Shown: positions 55,888 to 57,007 of the stretch, in pieces
Layout of the letters: each line of letters starts with the position of its first letter
Position numbering within the stretch: position 1 is the stretch's first letter
IMG/VR virus record: IMGVR_UViG_3300049009_000900
Location: 1-57,007 of that record
Direction: 5' to 3' (one strand)
DNA from: a virus
Taxonomy: Duplodnaviria; Caudoviricetes
DNA: 57,007 nucleotides
Notes under the pieces: model-generated
Database searches by the model: none
What the model saw: the letters and a program-made list of their open reading frames with translations, nothing else
Told to the model about the DNA's origin: nothing
Made by a program: the position numbers and the translations under genes

Positions 55888-56430
55888 TTATTCCTTTATT
55901 ACGATTAATTTGATAAAAACATCTTGATAAACATTTACAAGGTGTTCTGCATATCTTGCGATTTCCTCATATTTGCCTTCAGCTTCAAGTTGGGAATAGT
56001 CTGCATGGATTGAATAGTTGTAATCTAACACCTCAAAATCTACATTGTGAGTAACTGCATGTCCACTTGAACTTCCATAGGTTTCTTGGTGCCAAAGGCA
56101 GTATTTCTTGCTGAACTGCTTGAACATTTCGACAGTCAAACTTCTGCAATGAGTGTAGTCACCGAAGAAGTTTCTTGCAAAGTGGTGCGGGAAAGCTATG
56201 TCTACTACTGCTCCGTTTTTGCAAACTCGATATATTTCTTTTATGACATGACCCAAATCGTGGATATGTTCTAGGATATGGTGTGCTTTTACTTCCTCTA
56301 CTGTGCTGTCTTCGAATGGAAGTTTATCTTTTTCTAGGTTGTGGAGGTATTCTGGTTTGGTGTTTGGATCTGCATCTACATTTACGAATCCCTCAAATCT
56401 TTTTAGTCCACCGCCAATGTTGATCTTCAT
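55888..56430 (-). CDS. Class I SAM-dependent methyltransferase (type 11-like)
   Basis: INIGGG, NVD, LPFEDSTV, HILEH, EIYRVCK and DYTH motifs. Confidence 0.8.
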   Translation of the reverse strand: MKINIGGGLKRFEGFVNVDADPNTKPEYLHNLEKDKLPFEDSTVEEVKAHHILEHIHDLGHVIKEIYRVCKNGAVVDIAFPHHFARNFFGDYTHCRSLTVEMFKQFSKKYCLWHQETYGSSSGHAVTHNVDFEVLDYNYSIHADYSQLEAEGKYEEIARYAEHLVNVYQDVFIKLIVIKE

Positions 56431-56514
56431 ATTTGTCCTTGTTGTAATGACTAATTATTTTGTAATTGTCCTTGTTATTATTATAAGATAGGAGGGTTGA
56501 TTTTGGCAAATTTT

Positions 56515-56583
56515 TATATGTTCGCCAGACTGAGATATGGATTGGATTTGTGTCTATATGTTAGGCAGACTGAGATATGGATT
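56515..56583. repeat. Two 29-bp direct repeats at 40-bp period
   Basis: TATATGTT(C/A)G(C/G)CAGACTGAGATATGGATT at 56515-56543 and 56555-56583. Confidence 0.8.
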
Positions 56584-56989
56584 ATGTGGTTTTTTCTTTT
56601 ATGAATTCATCTGGTCCATTTATGAAGATTTTGCCGTCATATTGGATTATTGCTGGGCATTTGTGTGTTTGGCAGAATGTTTGGATTTCTATAAGGACAT
56701 TATCATCCATTTTTTTACCCATTTCGATAGCTCTGAGAAATTGACCTTTGCTCCAGTTTTCGACTGATATGATGACTTTTGATTTTTCTGGTTTGAGGTT
56801 TTCGGAGAAAAGACCTTGTAGCCAAGCACACTGGTAGGTTTTGCATACTTCTGGTCTGGTTTCGTATATGGAGCAATTTCCTTTGAGGAAATGGCATGGT
56901 TTTCCTCCGCCAAATTCGTGGCTGTAGGATTCTCCTTTTAGCCAGATGCAACAGGCATTGCAATCTCCACATTCCCTATTGATAGTCAT
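56582..56989 (-). CDS. YkgJ-like cysteine-cluster protein
   Basis: CGDCNACC...CHFL...CSIYETRPEVC...C pattern. Confidence 0.8.
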   Translation of the reverse strand: MTINRECGDCNACCIWLKGESYSHEFGGGKPCHFLKGNCSIYETRPEVCKTYQCAWLQGLFSENLKPEKSKVIISVENWSKGQFLRAIEMGKKMDDNVLIEIQTFCQTHKCPAIIQYDGKIFINGPDEFIKEKTT

Positions 56990-57007
56990 CTTGGTATTGT
57001 ATCGCTG

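Noticed and set aside
56515-56583. Possible mini-CRISPR array
   Set aside because: Only two repeats with an 11-nt spacer, no palindromic stem, and no cas genes in the window.
1-57007. Stop-codon reassignment (alternative genetic code)
   Set aside because: Conserved genes are full length under the standard code. TAG, TGA and TAA all end genes that abut the next gene.

Overview
This window is part of a large T4-like (contractile-tailed) bacteriophage genome. There is no rRNA, tRNA, CRISPR array or integrase. It contains: (i) a neck/tail module with gp13-, gp14- and gp15-like proteins, a tail sheath, two tail-tube paralogues, and a gp26-like chaperone with an apparent programmed -1 frameshift into a gp51-like frame; (ii) a gp55-like late sigma factor, an adjacent HTH protein and a STAS anti-anti-sigma factor; (iii) DNA and nucleotide metabolism genes: N4/N6 DNA methyltransferase, Holliday-junction resolvase, class II glutamine amidotransferase, CTP synthase, class II ribonucleotide reductase, SbcCD/gp46-47, Dda-like helicase and a DnaQ-like exonuclease; (iv) a MoxR-AAA/vWA-metallopeptidase pair; (v) a large glycan-tailoring set of about 9 glycosyltransferase-like genes, a sulfotransferase and three non-DNA methyltransferase domains; and (vi) many small hypothetical genes. 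Patterns visible in the raw sequence include a dispersed family of proteins with T4-like capsid-targeting N-termini, TANATA boxes 4-5 nt before ATG (possible leaderless late mRNAs), near-total GGCC avoidance, and two long perfect hairpins. The STAS, DUF6428 and CxxCH proteins suggest a Planctomycetota host (inference). Family names come from motif recognition, not database searches. Several start codons were re-assigned from the ORF track using RBS, overlap or motif logic.
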